The position numbers were made by a program, and so were the translations under genes. From positions 1 through 48,361 of the forward strand of contig CAKTSO010000001.1 of assembly GCA_934613185.1 (NCBI GenBank): a stretch of 48,361 nt of DNA. The letters are read 5' to 3'. Below, in pieces: positions 17,338-26,053 of the stretch (positions within the stretch are counted from its first letter, which is position 1; every line of letters begins with the position of its first letter). The notes under the pieces were generated by a model. It did no database searches, was not told the DNA's origin, and worked only from the letters and a program-made list of their open reading frames with translations. The stretch is from an uncultured Clostridia bacterium. Its GTDB lineage: Bacteria; Bacillota; Clostridia; Christensenellales; Maliibacteriaceae.

Positions 17338-17637
17338 TCAACCGATCCCGATGCGAACCAGAAGATAGCCGACGATCCCCGCGACCGCCGTCAAAAGCGC
17401 CTTTTCGATCACGGACTCCCAGCGCCGCGCGGGAACGAGCGTCAGCGCGCGAACGTCGTGCCGGATCTCGCCCAAATCGCGCTCCATGCGATCCTGCTTC
17501 GTGGCAAGCTGCGCCACGCTCGTCACGAGACGGTCGAGATCGTCCTGCCGCTTTTCCAGTCGCAAGACGCGGTGCGCGTTTTCCTCGATCGCCCGCGCGT
17601 TGTCGTGCACGGCGGCGATGAGCTGTTCATGCGTCAC
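17338..17637 (-). CDS. XhlA-like protein (coiled-coil with C-terminal TM anchor)
   Basis: ORF 17338..17769 trimmed to GTG 17637, preceded by GGGAAGGGAG. 99 aa: a coiled-coil (LRLEKRQDDLDRLVTSVAQLATKQDRMERDLGEIRHDV) plus the TM LLTAVAGIVGYLLV. Size and architecture match the PBSX XhlA family, from memory. Confidence 0.6.
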   Translation of the reverse strand: MTHEQLIAAVHDNARAIEENAHRVLRLEKRQDDLDRLVTSVAQLATKQDRMERDLGEIRHDVRALTLVPARRWESVIEKALLTAVAGIVGYLLVRIGIG

Positions 17638-17779
17638 AAAAATCACTCCCTTCCCCCGCCGGTCGGCCTTTGATGTCCGCCCCTGTGAGGCAACCATACC
17701 GCGCGCACGCCGCGTTCGCCAAGCGCGGCGGAAGTATTTTGGGAATTTTTTGAAGAAAAAACACGCCAAATTCGGCGCA

Positions 17780-17808
17780 TAAAAAAAGACGGCCGAGGCC
17801 GTCTTTTA
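17780..17808 (-). terminator. Intrinsic terminator of the PAP2 gene
   Basis: Stem aagacggcc / ggccgtctt (17786-17805), followed by a 7-nt U-run on the - strand. Confidence 0.65.
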
Positions 17809-17816
17809 TCGCAGTT

Positions 17817-18497
17817 TTACTTCTTTCGTTTTTTCAAAATCCCGTTCCAATGCACGAAACAGGTCAGATACCCGACCGCGCAAAGCGGCAGCGCGAAGAA
17901 GGCGTCCAGCACGGAATGCTGTTTCAAAAACACCGTCGAGGCGCAGATCAGGATCACAATGAGCCAGCAGGCGATCTGCCATACGGGGCGCTTATGAAAC
18001 ACGCCGCTGTCAAGGAGCGCAAACAGCGCCGCGAACGAGCCGATGACGTGGATCGACGGGCAGACGTTCGTGTTCGTGTCGATGGTATAGATCCACTCGG
18101 TCAACCGCGTCAGGAGATTGTCGCGCGGAAATTCCAGCGGCCGAAGCTGCTGACACGTCGGGTAGACAAGATAAACGATCCCCGTGACGATATACGTCAG
18201 CATAATGAACGCCATCGTGCGGCGGAACGTGTTCGGCGCGTAGATCGCGGCGAAGGCGAGGGAACCCGCGAGGAACACGAACCAGAAAAGATACGGCAAA
18301 AGGAACCATTCGCAAAACGGGATCGCGTCGTCCAGCGCGCAGTGCACGGGATGATACGGCCCGGCGAAGGCGTCCTCGATGACTTTGAAGAAGACGCCGA
18401 ACAGCGGCCAGAAGGCGAGCAGCCACAGGTGGCGATACTGTTTCTGATTCAATTTCGACAGGCGGAAGCCTTTGACGTCAATTTGAGGTTTCATCAT
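17817..18497 (-). CDS. PAP2-family membrane phosphatase
   Basis: The ORF-track start 18518 is a TTG; the first ATG is at 18497 and the true start is uncertain. Multi-TM, with motifs CPSIHV and KQHSVLD that fit the PAP2 C2/C3 signature. Confidence 0.75.
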   Translation of the reverse strand: MMKPQIDVKGFRLSKLNQKQYRHLWLLAFWPLFGVFFKVIEDAFAGPYHPVHCALDDAIPFCEWFLLPYLFWFVFLAGSLAFAAIYAPNTFRRTMAFIMLTYIVTGIVYLVYPTCQQLRPLEFPRDNLLTRLTEWIYTIDTNTNVCPSIHVIGSFAALFALLDSGVFHKRPVWQIACWLIVILICASTVFLKQHSVLDAFFALPLCAVGYLTCFVHWNGILKKRKK

Positions 18498-18632
18498 AGC
18501 TTGTTTTTCTCGTTTCAACCGGCGGTTTTTGCGCCGCGTTTTCGGGCGCGGGACTGGCTTTTCCTTCCCGTTTGACGGCGCGCTTTCGCGCGTCTTGCCG
18601 AGCGGGATTTCAAGGGTTCAAAACGCCATATG

Positions 18633-18661
18633 ACTATACCCCATCGCGGCCTTTGTGTAAA
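18633..18661 (-). promoter_or_regulatory. Sigma-A-type promoter of the PAP2 gene, followed by a ~135-nt leader
   Basis: On the - strand: TTTACA (18656-18661), 17 nt, TATAGT (18633-18638). Confidence 0.5.
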
Positions 18662-18781
18662 GAGCCGTCCCGCGTTTTTTGACGCTTTTTTGTCGATTTC
18701 AAAGAAATTCTTAACAATTGCCGCCAAATTCGGCCAAAAACGGGCGGCACGGCGAACGGTCTGTCCGCGTCGGCCATGCCG

Positions 18782-21475
18782 TCAAATGCTTTTTGAAAAC
18801 GGATTGCCGTTTTGATAGATCGTCTCTTCCACCGGATCGTAATAAAGCTCCATCGACTCCGCGATCCGCAGCATCTTGTCCTTCGGCAGACGAATGCCGT
18901 ATTCCGCCTCCAGCAGCGCAAGCAGCGCTTCCAGACGAATGCTGTCCCTGTCCCGAAGCAGCCAGGTCAGCATTCCCACAAAATTGCCGCCCGACGCGCC
19001 GTGCCGGAACATGCGCGTACCGCCGATCCGATAGCCCGAAAAATGCCGCGTATCTTCCATAAGAATCGACGCGTAAAACCATTCGTCGAACCCGAAGCGA
19101 TCCAGCGAATGTGAAAATCCCTTTTTGCGCAGCGACTGCACCGTGACGTATTCGTCGCCGCAGAATTCGTCGGCCGCCCTGCAATAGTCCAAAAGCTCGT
19201 CTTTCGTGATCCCGAGCGCGCACAGATGCCGTTCGTTCACATACTGCTGCGGCAGATATTCTACGATCCGATACGCCGCGCACAGGCGATGGCGCACGGT
19301 TGCGAACGTCGTAATGTTTCGAAACTGCGGATATTTCCGAAGATCGATCCTGTCTTCGCCCGTCAAAAACTTTTGAAAATAATCGACCGCGCCCGAAAAC
19401 GTGTTTTTCACAATATACCCCGAATAACCGGGATAAACGTGAAATCCGAGCGATTTTAGCGTATACGGATTCAGCGGCTCGTTCGCGGCGTTCGGGAATT
19501 CATGCCGATAAAGCGCCTCCGCCTGCCGGATGGTGTAAAAATCGCCCGTCAGGATCTGTTTCATCCGCCGATGCACGTCTTCGGGAAGCGGAACATAATC
19601 CACGCGGTAGCTTCCGTTATAATAATACGGATCGATGCACCCGAAATAATTGCCGCGAACCGTCGCGGCTTTGACGCCGTAGGTCTCCTCATAACGCATC
19701 GCAAGATCGTCCGCCCCGATCGGCGCATATTGCAGCAGAAGATCGTAAACCTGCGTCTTTACGTCCGCATTGCCGACCTTCACATTCGGCATTCTCTGAA
19801 ACGTCACGTTCGACGCTTCCTGCGGCCATATTTTCTTTAAAAGATTATGCAGTTCGTATTCATCCCGAATGTCATACCGGCGCATCAGCGCCGCATGATC
19901 CCGAAACAATCGCAACGTTGAAAACTCGACGTCGCGATACTGTTCCAAATCAAGTTCGCACAGCAGCTCCGAAAAATCATACTGTTCGATCGGATAATAC
20001 CGAAAATGCTTCCATTGATGCCAAAGCGTATACTCGCAGCCCGACAGCTTGTTTTCGTAAGCCTTCGATTCCAGCCGCAGCGAAGCTTCGCCCGCCAGCC
20101 CCAGTTCCGCCAGCCACGCATGATACCCGTCGACAAAATCCCGATACGCCGTCAAAAGCGCGCAGCGCGTCCGCACATAATGCCGCACCAGCTCGGGACG
20201 GCTCTTTTTCACATACGCGCCCTCCAAAAGCACATAATGCTTGAAGACCGCGCGCTCGGCCTGTTTTCGCACCCGAACGTCGATCGTCTCGTCCGTCAAA
20301 ATCGCTTCCAACGGCAGTTTATCGGCGCTCGGGACGGAATTTGTCATTTCCAGATAATAATACGTCTCCTGCGGCACATCGAACGCGAGCATAACGTCCT
20401 GTTTGGAAAAAAGATAGCGCTCAAACAGCGGAAGATAGCGGTCCTCTTGCAGATACGGCCTTTTTTGAAGCCATTTTTTGATCACCTGACGAACCCGTTC
20501 CCGCGTCACGCCGTAGCATCCGCCGATTTGTTCCAGCGTCATTCCCGCAAGGCGCCCCGACAAAATCTCGAGCGCGCGAATTTCTTCGATCGAGGCGATG
20601 TACTCGCGCACCGTCGGGTAACGCCGCCGCGCGATCATGCCGTCCCATTCGATCTTCCCCTCGCGTTCCGATTCCGACAGAAGTTCCCGCAAAACGCCGC
20701 CGGTTTCAAGATGCGGCGGCATCTGCACGGCAATCTGCGGCGCCGAAAGTCCTTCCCCCTCTTTTTCCAGAATCCGAAGGATCTTCCGCTTCGCCGCTTT
20801 CCGCACGCAGCTTTGTTCGTAAAACACGTTCACCGGCACGTCGTCCCGCGGCCCGTCTTTTCGGGAAGCCGCCCGCAAAAACGCGCGCAGCCAGACGTTT
20901 TCCGATCCTCCGTAAGCCGCCAGCGTCTGCGTCAATAAAGGCGGCGGCGCACCGTCCTTTGTCCGCCAGGCCACGCGCAGCTTCGCCAAATATGCGCTCG
21001 TCTGCCGCGCCGTTTTTTCACCCATCGAAGGCATCGCCGTCAATTCGTCAAACGACATGCCGACAAGCTCGGACGCCATGGCAAGGCCCGCCAGCGAAAA
21101 TCGATTTTTGGCGCGTTCGGAGATTGGAAGCGCCGCAATCGGAAGATCGCCGAGCACATTGCCTTTTTCGTCGATCAGAATGCATGCGGAACCGTCGCCC
21201 GCAAGATAGCCCCGCATCGGTTCGGGTTCCCTTTGCGGCAAAACGGCCTCTTTCTCGACCAGCCGATACGCCCCCGAGCCGTCTTTGAGCGTCTGCATCC
21301 AGGAGCGAACCTCGCGCGCCGTTTTCTCTCCCATATTTCGGATCGACAAAAGCCGCTCCGGCGGATAGGCAAGCAGTTCGCCGATCGTGTGAATGTTTTC
21401 GCTGTTTAAGCAGTGAATCGCCCGAACCGACAAAGGCAATGAAGTAATCTCGTCCCGACGGGTAAGATCGGTCAT
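18782..21475 (-). CDS. Large orphan protein: two RNA polymerase alpha-CTD-like HhH modules, a sigma-70 region-4-like HTH, and a ~550-aa unknown C-terminal region
   Basis: 897 aa with ATG at 21475 and a GAGGA RBS. Module 1 is LPLSVRAIHCLNSENIHTIGELLAYPPERLLSIRNMGEKTAREV. Module 2 is ISERAKNRFSLAGLAMASELVGMSFDELTAMPSMGEKTARQT. HTH is LAGMTLEQIGGCYGVTRERVRQVIKKW. Confidence 0.8.
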   Translation of the reverse strand: MTDLTRRDEITSLPLSVRAIHCLNSENIHTIGELLAYPPERLLSIRNMGEKTAREVRSWMQTLKDGSGAYRLVEKEAVLPQREPEPMRGYLAGDGSACILIDEKGNVLGDLPIAALPISERAKNRFSLAGLAMASELVGMSFDELTAMPSMGEKTARQTSAYLAKLRVAWRTKDGAPPPLLTQTLAAYGGSENVWLRAFLRAASRKDGPRDDVPVNVFYEQSCVRKAAKRKILRILEKEGEGLSAPQIAVQMPPHLETGGVLRELLSESEREGKIEWDGMIARRRYPTVREYIASIEEIRALEILSGRLAGMTLEQIGGCYGVTRERVRQVIKKWLQKRPYLQEDRYLPLFERYLFSKQDVMLAFDVPQETYYYLEMTNSVPSADKLPLEAILTDETIDVRVRKQAERAVFKHYVLLEGAYVKKSRPELVRHYVRTRCALLTAYRDFVDGYHAWLAELGLAGEASLRLESKAYENKLSGCEYTLWHQWKHFRYYPIEQYDFSELLCELDLEQYRDVEFSTLRLFRDHAALMRRYDIRDEYELHNLLKKIWPQEASNVTFQRMPNVKVGNADVKTQVYDLLLQYAPIGADDLAMRYEETYGVKAATVRGNYFGCIDPYYYNGSYRVDYVPLPEDVHRRMKQILTGDFYTIRQAEALYRHEFPNAANEPLNPYTLKSLGFHVYPGYSGYIVKNTFSGAVDYFQKFLTGEDRIDLRKYPQFRNITTFATVRHRLCAAYRIVEYLPQQYVNERHLCALGITKDELLDYCRAADEFCGDEYVTVQSLRKKGFSHSLDRFGFDEWFYASILMEDTRHFSGYRIGGTRMFRHGASGGNFVGMLTWLLRDRDSIRLEALLALLEAEYGIRLPKDKMLRIAESMELYYDPVEETIYQNGNPFSKSI

Positions 21476-21549
21476 CGTTTTTTCCTCATTTTCAAAATTT
21501 CAAAAGCGTGCGCGCCGTGCCGTTGTCATAAAATGCTGAAATTAACTTT

Positions 21550-21578
21550 ATTATACGTCCCGGCGCCGGCTGTGTAAA
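21550..21578 (-). promoter_or_regulatory. Sigma-A-type promoter of the 897-aa gene
   Basis: On the - strand: TTTACA (21573-21578), 17 nt, TATAAT (21550-21555). Confidence 0.55.
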
Positions 21579-21605
21579 GGCGCGGACGATTGCGTGGTTT
21601 ATTAT

Positions 21606-21642
21606 CAAAAAAGAGCTTATCGGTTCGACAAGCTCTTTTTTC
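21606..21642. terminator. Intrinsic terminator after the ABC exporter operon (symmetric A/T runs)
   Basis: Stem aagagctt (21611-21618) / aagctctt (21630-21637), flanked by A-runs and T-runs on both sides. Confidence 0.7.
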
Positions 21643-21661
21643 TCTTTTGAGATCGCGGCGC

Positions 21662-23395
21662 TTATTTCCCGATCGTCCAGGCGGCGCTTCGGCGCTGCCG
21701 CGCGGCCATACGGGCGAAGACGCCGTCTTTTTGCAAAAGCTCTTCGGGCGAGCCCTGCTCCGCCACGACGCCGTCTTTCAGGACGACGACCTTGTCCGCG
21801 CCCTCGACGGTGCGCATGCGGTGCGCGATGACGAGGACGGTCTTGCCGCGGATCAGGCGGGACAGCGCGCTTTGGATCGCCGTCTCGTTCTCCACGTCGA
21901 GACTCGCGGTCGCCTCGTCGAGCAGGATCACGGGCGCGTCCTTCAAAAACGCGCGGGCGATCGAAATGCGCTGGCGTTCGCCGCCGGATAAGAAGCTGCC
22001 GTTTTCGCCGATGTCCGTATCCCATCCCTCGGGCAGCTTTTCGGCGAACTCGTCGACGTTCGCGAGCTTCGCCGCCGCGCGGACCTCTTTGTCCGTCGCG
22101 CCGCGCCGCCCGATGCGGATGTTGTCCATGACGCTGCCGTTAAAGAGCGTCACGTCCTGGAAGACGATCGAATACTGCGACAGGAGCGCTTCGGGGTCGA
22201 TCTTGGAGACATCCATGCCGCCCAGCGTGATCCTGCCGGAGTCGGCGTCCCAGAACCTTGCCGCGAGGCGGGAGACGGTCGTCTTGCCGCCGCCCGACGG
22301 GCCGACGAGCGCCGTGACCTGCCCCTGCTTCGCCGTGAAGGACACGTCGCGCAGGACGTGTTCGCCGTCTTCATACGAGAAGGCGACGTGATCGAAGACG
22401 ACGTCGCAGCCGTCGTTGGTAAGCGCGGTCGCGCCGGTCTGGATCGGGCAGTCCAGGATGCTGTTCATGCGTTTGACGTTCGTGTCGGTCGCAATGATCA
22501 CGGCCAGATTCTGCACCGCGCCGTCGAGGGGTTCGTACAGCCGCGCGACGACGAGCAGATACAGAAAATACGTCAGCATGTCGATCTGTCCGCTTTTTAA
22601 CAGCGACGCGCCGCAAAGCGCCGTCGTGGCGATCCCCAATCGCAGGATGAGCGAAGCGCTCGTGACGAACGCCGCCGTGCCGAATTCCGAGCGGATGATG
22701 CGGTTTTCCACCGCGCGGATCTTTTGTTCCAAACCGTCCAGATAGCGATCCTGCGCGTTGTTCGAGCAAAGGTCGCCCATGCACTCCATGGCTTCCTGAA
22801 TGCCTTCTTCGCAGGCGATCTTCGCCGCGGACGCGCGCTGCGACAATCTCTTTTGCATCCCGGAGGCGCAGCAGACCACGGCGATCGCCACCGGCACGAC
22901 CCAGACCGCCGCAAGACCCATGCGCACGTTATAGCAAACCAGCGCGACGGCAATGAGGATCGTCGAGACCATCGCGCCCAGAAGCGGCGCGACGGCATGG
23001 GACTGCGCCGTCTCCAGCACCGCGCAGTCGTTCATGATCGACGACGTAAGGTCGGCCAGATCGCGTTTCCCGAAGAACGAAAGCGGGATGCGGCGCAGAC
23101 GCTCGGCAAGCGCGATGCGGCGCACGCCCGTCTCGCGGTACGTCGCAAAGAACGTGCCGTTATACTGGTACACGCTGCACACGACAATCAGCGCCGCGCA
23201 GCCAAGGCTCCCCAAAGAATAGAACCTGCCGCGCCCGGCGAGCGTGCCGTTTACAAGATCGCGCACGAGCGAAAACAACAGCGCCGCGGGGATCATGAAC
23301 GAAATGTTCTGCAAGGCACAGTACAGGCTGCCCGTCAGAAGATCGACGGCGCCTTTTTTCGAGAGCGCAAATCTGCGCTGAAAGAATCGGATCAT
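21662..23395 (-). CDS. ABC exporter, fused permease/ATPase (heterodimer partner B)
   Basis: 577 aa with 6 TM plus an NBD. Walker A GPSGGGKTT, signature LSGGERQR, Walker B ILLDEATASLD, H-loop VIAHR. Confidence 0.9.
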   Translation of the reverse strand: MIRFFQRRFALSKKGAVDLLTGSLYCALQNISFMIPAALLFSLVRDLVNGTLAGRGRFYSLGSLGCAALIVVCSVYQYNGTFFATYRETGVRRIALAERLRRIPLSFFGKRDLADLTSSIMNDCAVLETAQSHAVAPLLGAMVSTILIAVALVCYNVRMGLAAVWVVPVAIAVVCCASGMQKRLSQRASAAKIACEEGIQEAMECMGDLCSNNAQDRYLDGLEQKIRAVENRIIRSEFGTAAFVTSASLILRLGIATTALCGASLLKSGQIDMLTYFLYLLVVARLYEPLDGAVQNLAVIIATDTNVKRMNSILDCPIQTGATALTNDGCDVVFDHVAFSYEDGEHVLRDVSFTAKQGQVTALVGPSGGGKTTVSRLAARFWDADSGRITLGGMDVSKIDPEALLSQYSIVFQDVTLFNGSVMDNIRIGRRGATDKEVRAAAKLANVDEFAEKLPEGWDTDIGENGSFLSGGERQRISIARAFLKDAPVILLDEATASLDVENETAIQSALSRLIRGKTVLVIAHRMRTVEGADKVVVLKDGVVAEQGSPEELLQKDGVFARMAARQRRSAAWTIGK

Positions 23396-23398
23396 TCG

Positions 23399-25201
23399 TT
23401 ACGCCTCCTTTGCCACGTTCCAGGACGCGGACGTCTGCCACTGCGTCCACATGTCGCGGAACAGGCCGTCTTCGCGTGTCAATTCGTCGAACGCGCCGCT
23501 TTGCACGATTCGGCCAGAGTCCAGAACGAAGATCCTGTCCGTGCCCGCGACGGTCGAGAGGCGATGCGCGATCATGACGATCGTCCGCCCGTGCGCAAGG
23601 TCGGCAAGCGCCTTTTGCACGCGCACCTCGTTGTCGGGGTCGGCGAAGGCCGTCGCCTCGTCGAGCACGACGATCGGCGCGTCCTTCAAAAACGCGCGGG
23701 CGATGGCGATGCGCTGGCACTCGCCGCCGGAAAGATAGACGCCGTTCGTCCCCAGGCGCGTGCGGATGCCGTCGGGAAATTTTTCGACGATGTCCATGCA
23801 CTGCGCCTTTCGGAGCGCGGCGAGAACCTCCTCGTCCGTCGCGTTCGGGCGCGCAAGGCGCACGTTGTCGGCGATGGTTCCCTTTAAAATATGGGAATTC
23901 TGGAAGACGAACGCGATCTTATCCGCAAGTTCCTTTCGGTCGATCGCGCGGGCGTCCGCGCCGCCGATCAGAACTTTGCCCTCCTGCGGGTCGAAGAAGC
24001 GGGCGATCAGCTCCGCCGTCGTGGACTTGCCGCCGCCCGACGGGCCGACGAGCGCCGCCGTCTGTCCGCTTTCGATGCGAAGGGAAATATCGTGCAGCGC
24101 GTCTTTTGCCTTCTCGCCCTCGTCATAGCGGAACGTGGCGTGATCCAGTTCGATCGTCGCGTCGGCGGGATGCGCCGCGGGCGCGATCTGTTCCATGGGG
24201 GCGCAGGCGAAGACTTCGTCGATGCGGGCGAGCGCGTCGGCGACGATCAGTGTGTTTTCGCTCATGTACATGATCCTGGTCAGCGACGAGACGATCATGG
24301 GCGTGAGGATGATATAGAAAAGAAGGTTCAGGATGAGCTCCCGCGACACGCCGCCTTCGGAAAGCCAAAACGCGCCGAGAATCAAAAACGCGAACACGCC
24401 GTTGATCGCCAGCGTGCAGGCGGTCATCGGGGCGCGCATGCTCCTTGTGTAGGAGACCGTCCAGTCCTCGTAGTTGTCGATCGTCTTTTTCAGCCGCGCG
24501 AAGGAATAGACCGTCTGCCCGAAGGTCTTGACCACGGGAATGCCGCGGACGTATTCGACCGCCTCGTTGGCCATATCCGCCAGCGCGTTTTGATACTGCT
24601 TCATCTTCTCCTGAAGGGACTTTCCCGTCATGGACAGCATGCACAAAATCCCGATGACGATCGGCACGAGGCTCAGCGCCCCCAGCCTCCAGTCGAACAC
24701 GAACAAAAGCACGAACAGCCCCGCGATCGACGCCATCGCGCGTGCGCGGTCGGGCAGCTGATGCGCCAGATACGTCTCTGCCGCGCCGGACGTCTCGTAG
24801 ATCGTGCGGCGCAGCTTGCCGCTGCCGAAGCGCTCGATCTGCCCCATGGGGAGCGTCGCGATGTGGCGCGAGAGCGCGATGCGAAGGTTCGTCGCCACGC
24901 GGAACGCCGACAGGTGCGAGCACATCAGCCCCGCGATATACACAAGCATCGCCGCGACGGAAAAGATCACCGCCGCGCGGCCCCAGGAGGCAAGATGCAC
25001 GGCGCGGGAAAAATCGGGTGCCGTCTCCAGCACCTCACGCAAAATGCGCCAGATGTACCAAAGCGGCACGAGCGCCAGCACAGCGCTCGCCGCGGCCAGA
25101 ACCTGCGACAGCGCGGTCAGCGGGCGCCGCGGCCCCGCGTAGCGCAAAAGGCGCGACAGGTCGGACGGCTTTTTCTCCTTTTTCTTCGGAGTTTCCTTCA
25201 A
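23399..25201 (-). CDS. ABC exporter, fused permease/ATPase (heterodimer partner A)
   Basis: 600 aa. Walker A GPSGGGKST, signature LSGGECQR, Walker B VVLDEATAFAD. Separated by 3 nt from the partner gene. Confidence 0.9.
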   Translation of the reverse strand: MKETPKKKEKKPSDLSRLLRYAGPRRPLTALSQVLAAASAVLALVPLWYIWRILREVLETAPDFSRAVHLASWGRAAVIFSVAAMLVYIAGLMCSHLSAFRVATNLRIALSRHIATLPMGQIERFGSGKLRRTIYETSGAAETYLAHQLPDRARAMASIAGLFVLLFVFDWRLGALSLVPIVIGILCMLSMTGKSLQEKMKQYQNALADMANEAVEYVRGIPVVKTFGQTVYSFARLKKTIDNYEDWTVSYTRSMRAPMTACTLAINGVFAFLILGAFWLSEGGVSRELILNLLFYIILTPMIVSSLTRIMYMSENTLIVADALARIDEVFACAPMEQIAPAAHPADATIELDHATFRYDEGEKAKDALHDISLRIESGQTAALVGPSGGGKSTTAELIARFFDPQEGKVLIGGADARAIDRKELADKIAFVFQNSHILKGTIADNVRLARPNATDEEVLAALRKAQCMDIVEKFPDGIRTRLGTNGVYLSGGECQRIAIARAFLKDAPIVVLDEATAFADPDNEVRVQKALADLAHGRTIVMIAHRLSTVAGTDRIFVLDSGRIVQSGAFDELTREDGLFRDMWTQWQTSASWNVAKEA

Positions 25202-25306
25202 GGAACAACCCCTCCTTCTTTTTGTATTTTTTTATGATAGCGCGGGCGCAGCGCCCGGGATATCCGTTTCGTTAGTTTTGGCTAACTTTCATGCCAAAGA
25301 AAAAAC

Positions 25307-25918
25307 TCATGCGCCCATGAGCTTTTTCCAGCCCGCGATGTAAAATTCGTGCATCTGGCGCAAATAGTTCCGCGCCGCATCGCGCGTCATGTCATGCAGG
25401 ATAATTTCGAAATACGCGTTGAACATCCCGGTCACGAGCATGTGCTCCAGATGTTCGTCCACGCGCGGCGCGGGGGTGCCGAGCGCCTCGAGCGTCTCGT
25501 AATAGCGGTGCGTCGCGGCGACTTCGAGCGCGATCACCTCCTCGCGCATCGATTCGTAGCGCGTTCCGGCGGCGCAGTTCAAAAGCAGGCGGAACGCTTC
25601 GCGATGTTCCGTCATATAGTCCAGCGCCCGCTGCATATACGAGGCGGAAATGCGCCCCATGTTTTCGGGCTGCTCGTTTTTCGGCAGCGCGTCGAAGTCG
25701 GCGAGCACCTTTCGATAACCCGACAGCACGACGCGATAGGGCTCGTCCACAAGCGCGGCAAAGACCGCCTCTTTGCTTTCGAAATAGCCGTAGAACGCGC
25801 CCGTCGTCACGCCCGCCTCGCGGACGATCCGCCGAAGGGAGGCCGCCTGAAAGCCGTGCGCGGAAAATTCCGCCGCCGCGCAGGACAAAATGCGCTCCCG
25901 CGTCCCCGTGTTCGCCAT
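25307..25918 (-). CDS. TetR/AcrR family transcriptional regulator
   Basis: ORF trimmed to ATG 25918 (MANTGTRERILSCAAAEFSAHGFQAASLRRIVREAGVTTGAFYGYFESKEAVF, the canonical TetR N-terminal HTH) with an AAAGGAGG RBS. Confidence 0.85.
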   Translation of the reverse strand: MANTGTRERILSCAAAEFSAHGFQAASLRRIVREAGVTTGAFYGYFESKEAVFAALVDEPYRVVLSGYRKVLADFDALPKNEQPENMGRISASYMQRALDYMTEHREAFRLLLNCAAGTRYESMREEVIALEVAATHRYYETLEALGTPAPRVDEHLEHMLVTGMFNAYFEIILHDMTRDAARNYLRQMHEFYIAGWKKLMGA

Positions 25919-25941
25919 AAGGCAGCCTCCTTTCGCGTTTG

Positions 25942-26000
25942 TGTTAGTGTTGCATAACATATAACAGTGTTACAATAATCCATCCGCGCCCGTCTGTCAA
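25942..26000 (-). promoter_or_regulatory. tetR promoter with overlapping palindromic operator candidates
   Basis: On the - strand: TTGACA (25995-26000), 17 nt, TATTGT (25972-25977). The perfect palindrome taaca-N-tgtta (25962-25972) lies immediately downstream, and a second tgtta...taaca pair is at 25942-25959. Confidence 0.45.
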
Positions 26001-26053
26001 GGGAAAATGCGCAAAAAAATGCCGCCGGAGCGCTCACGCCCGACGGCCGATCT

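Noticed and set aside
16342-21475. Possibility that 16-21 kb is a prophage (lysis cassette plus the large unknown protein).
   Set aside because: No integrase, terminase, portal, capsid, tail or att-like repeats are visible. A PAP2 gene with its own promoter and terminator lies in between. The lysis cassette is reported as an isolated module instead.
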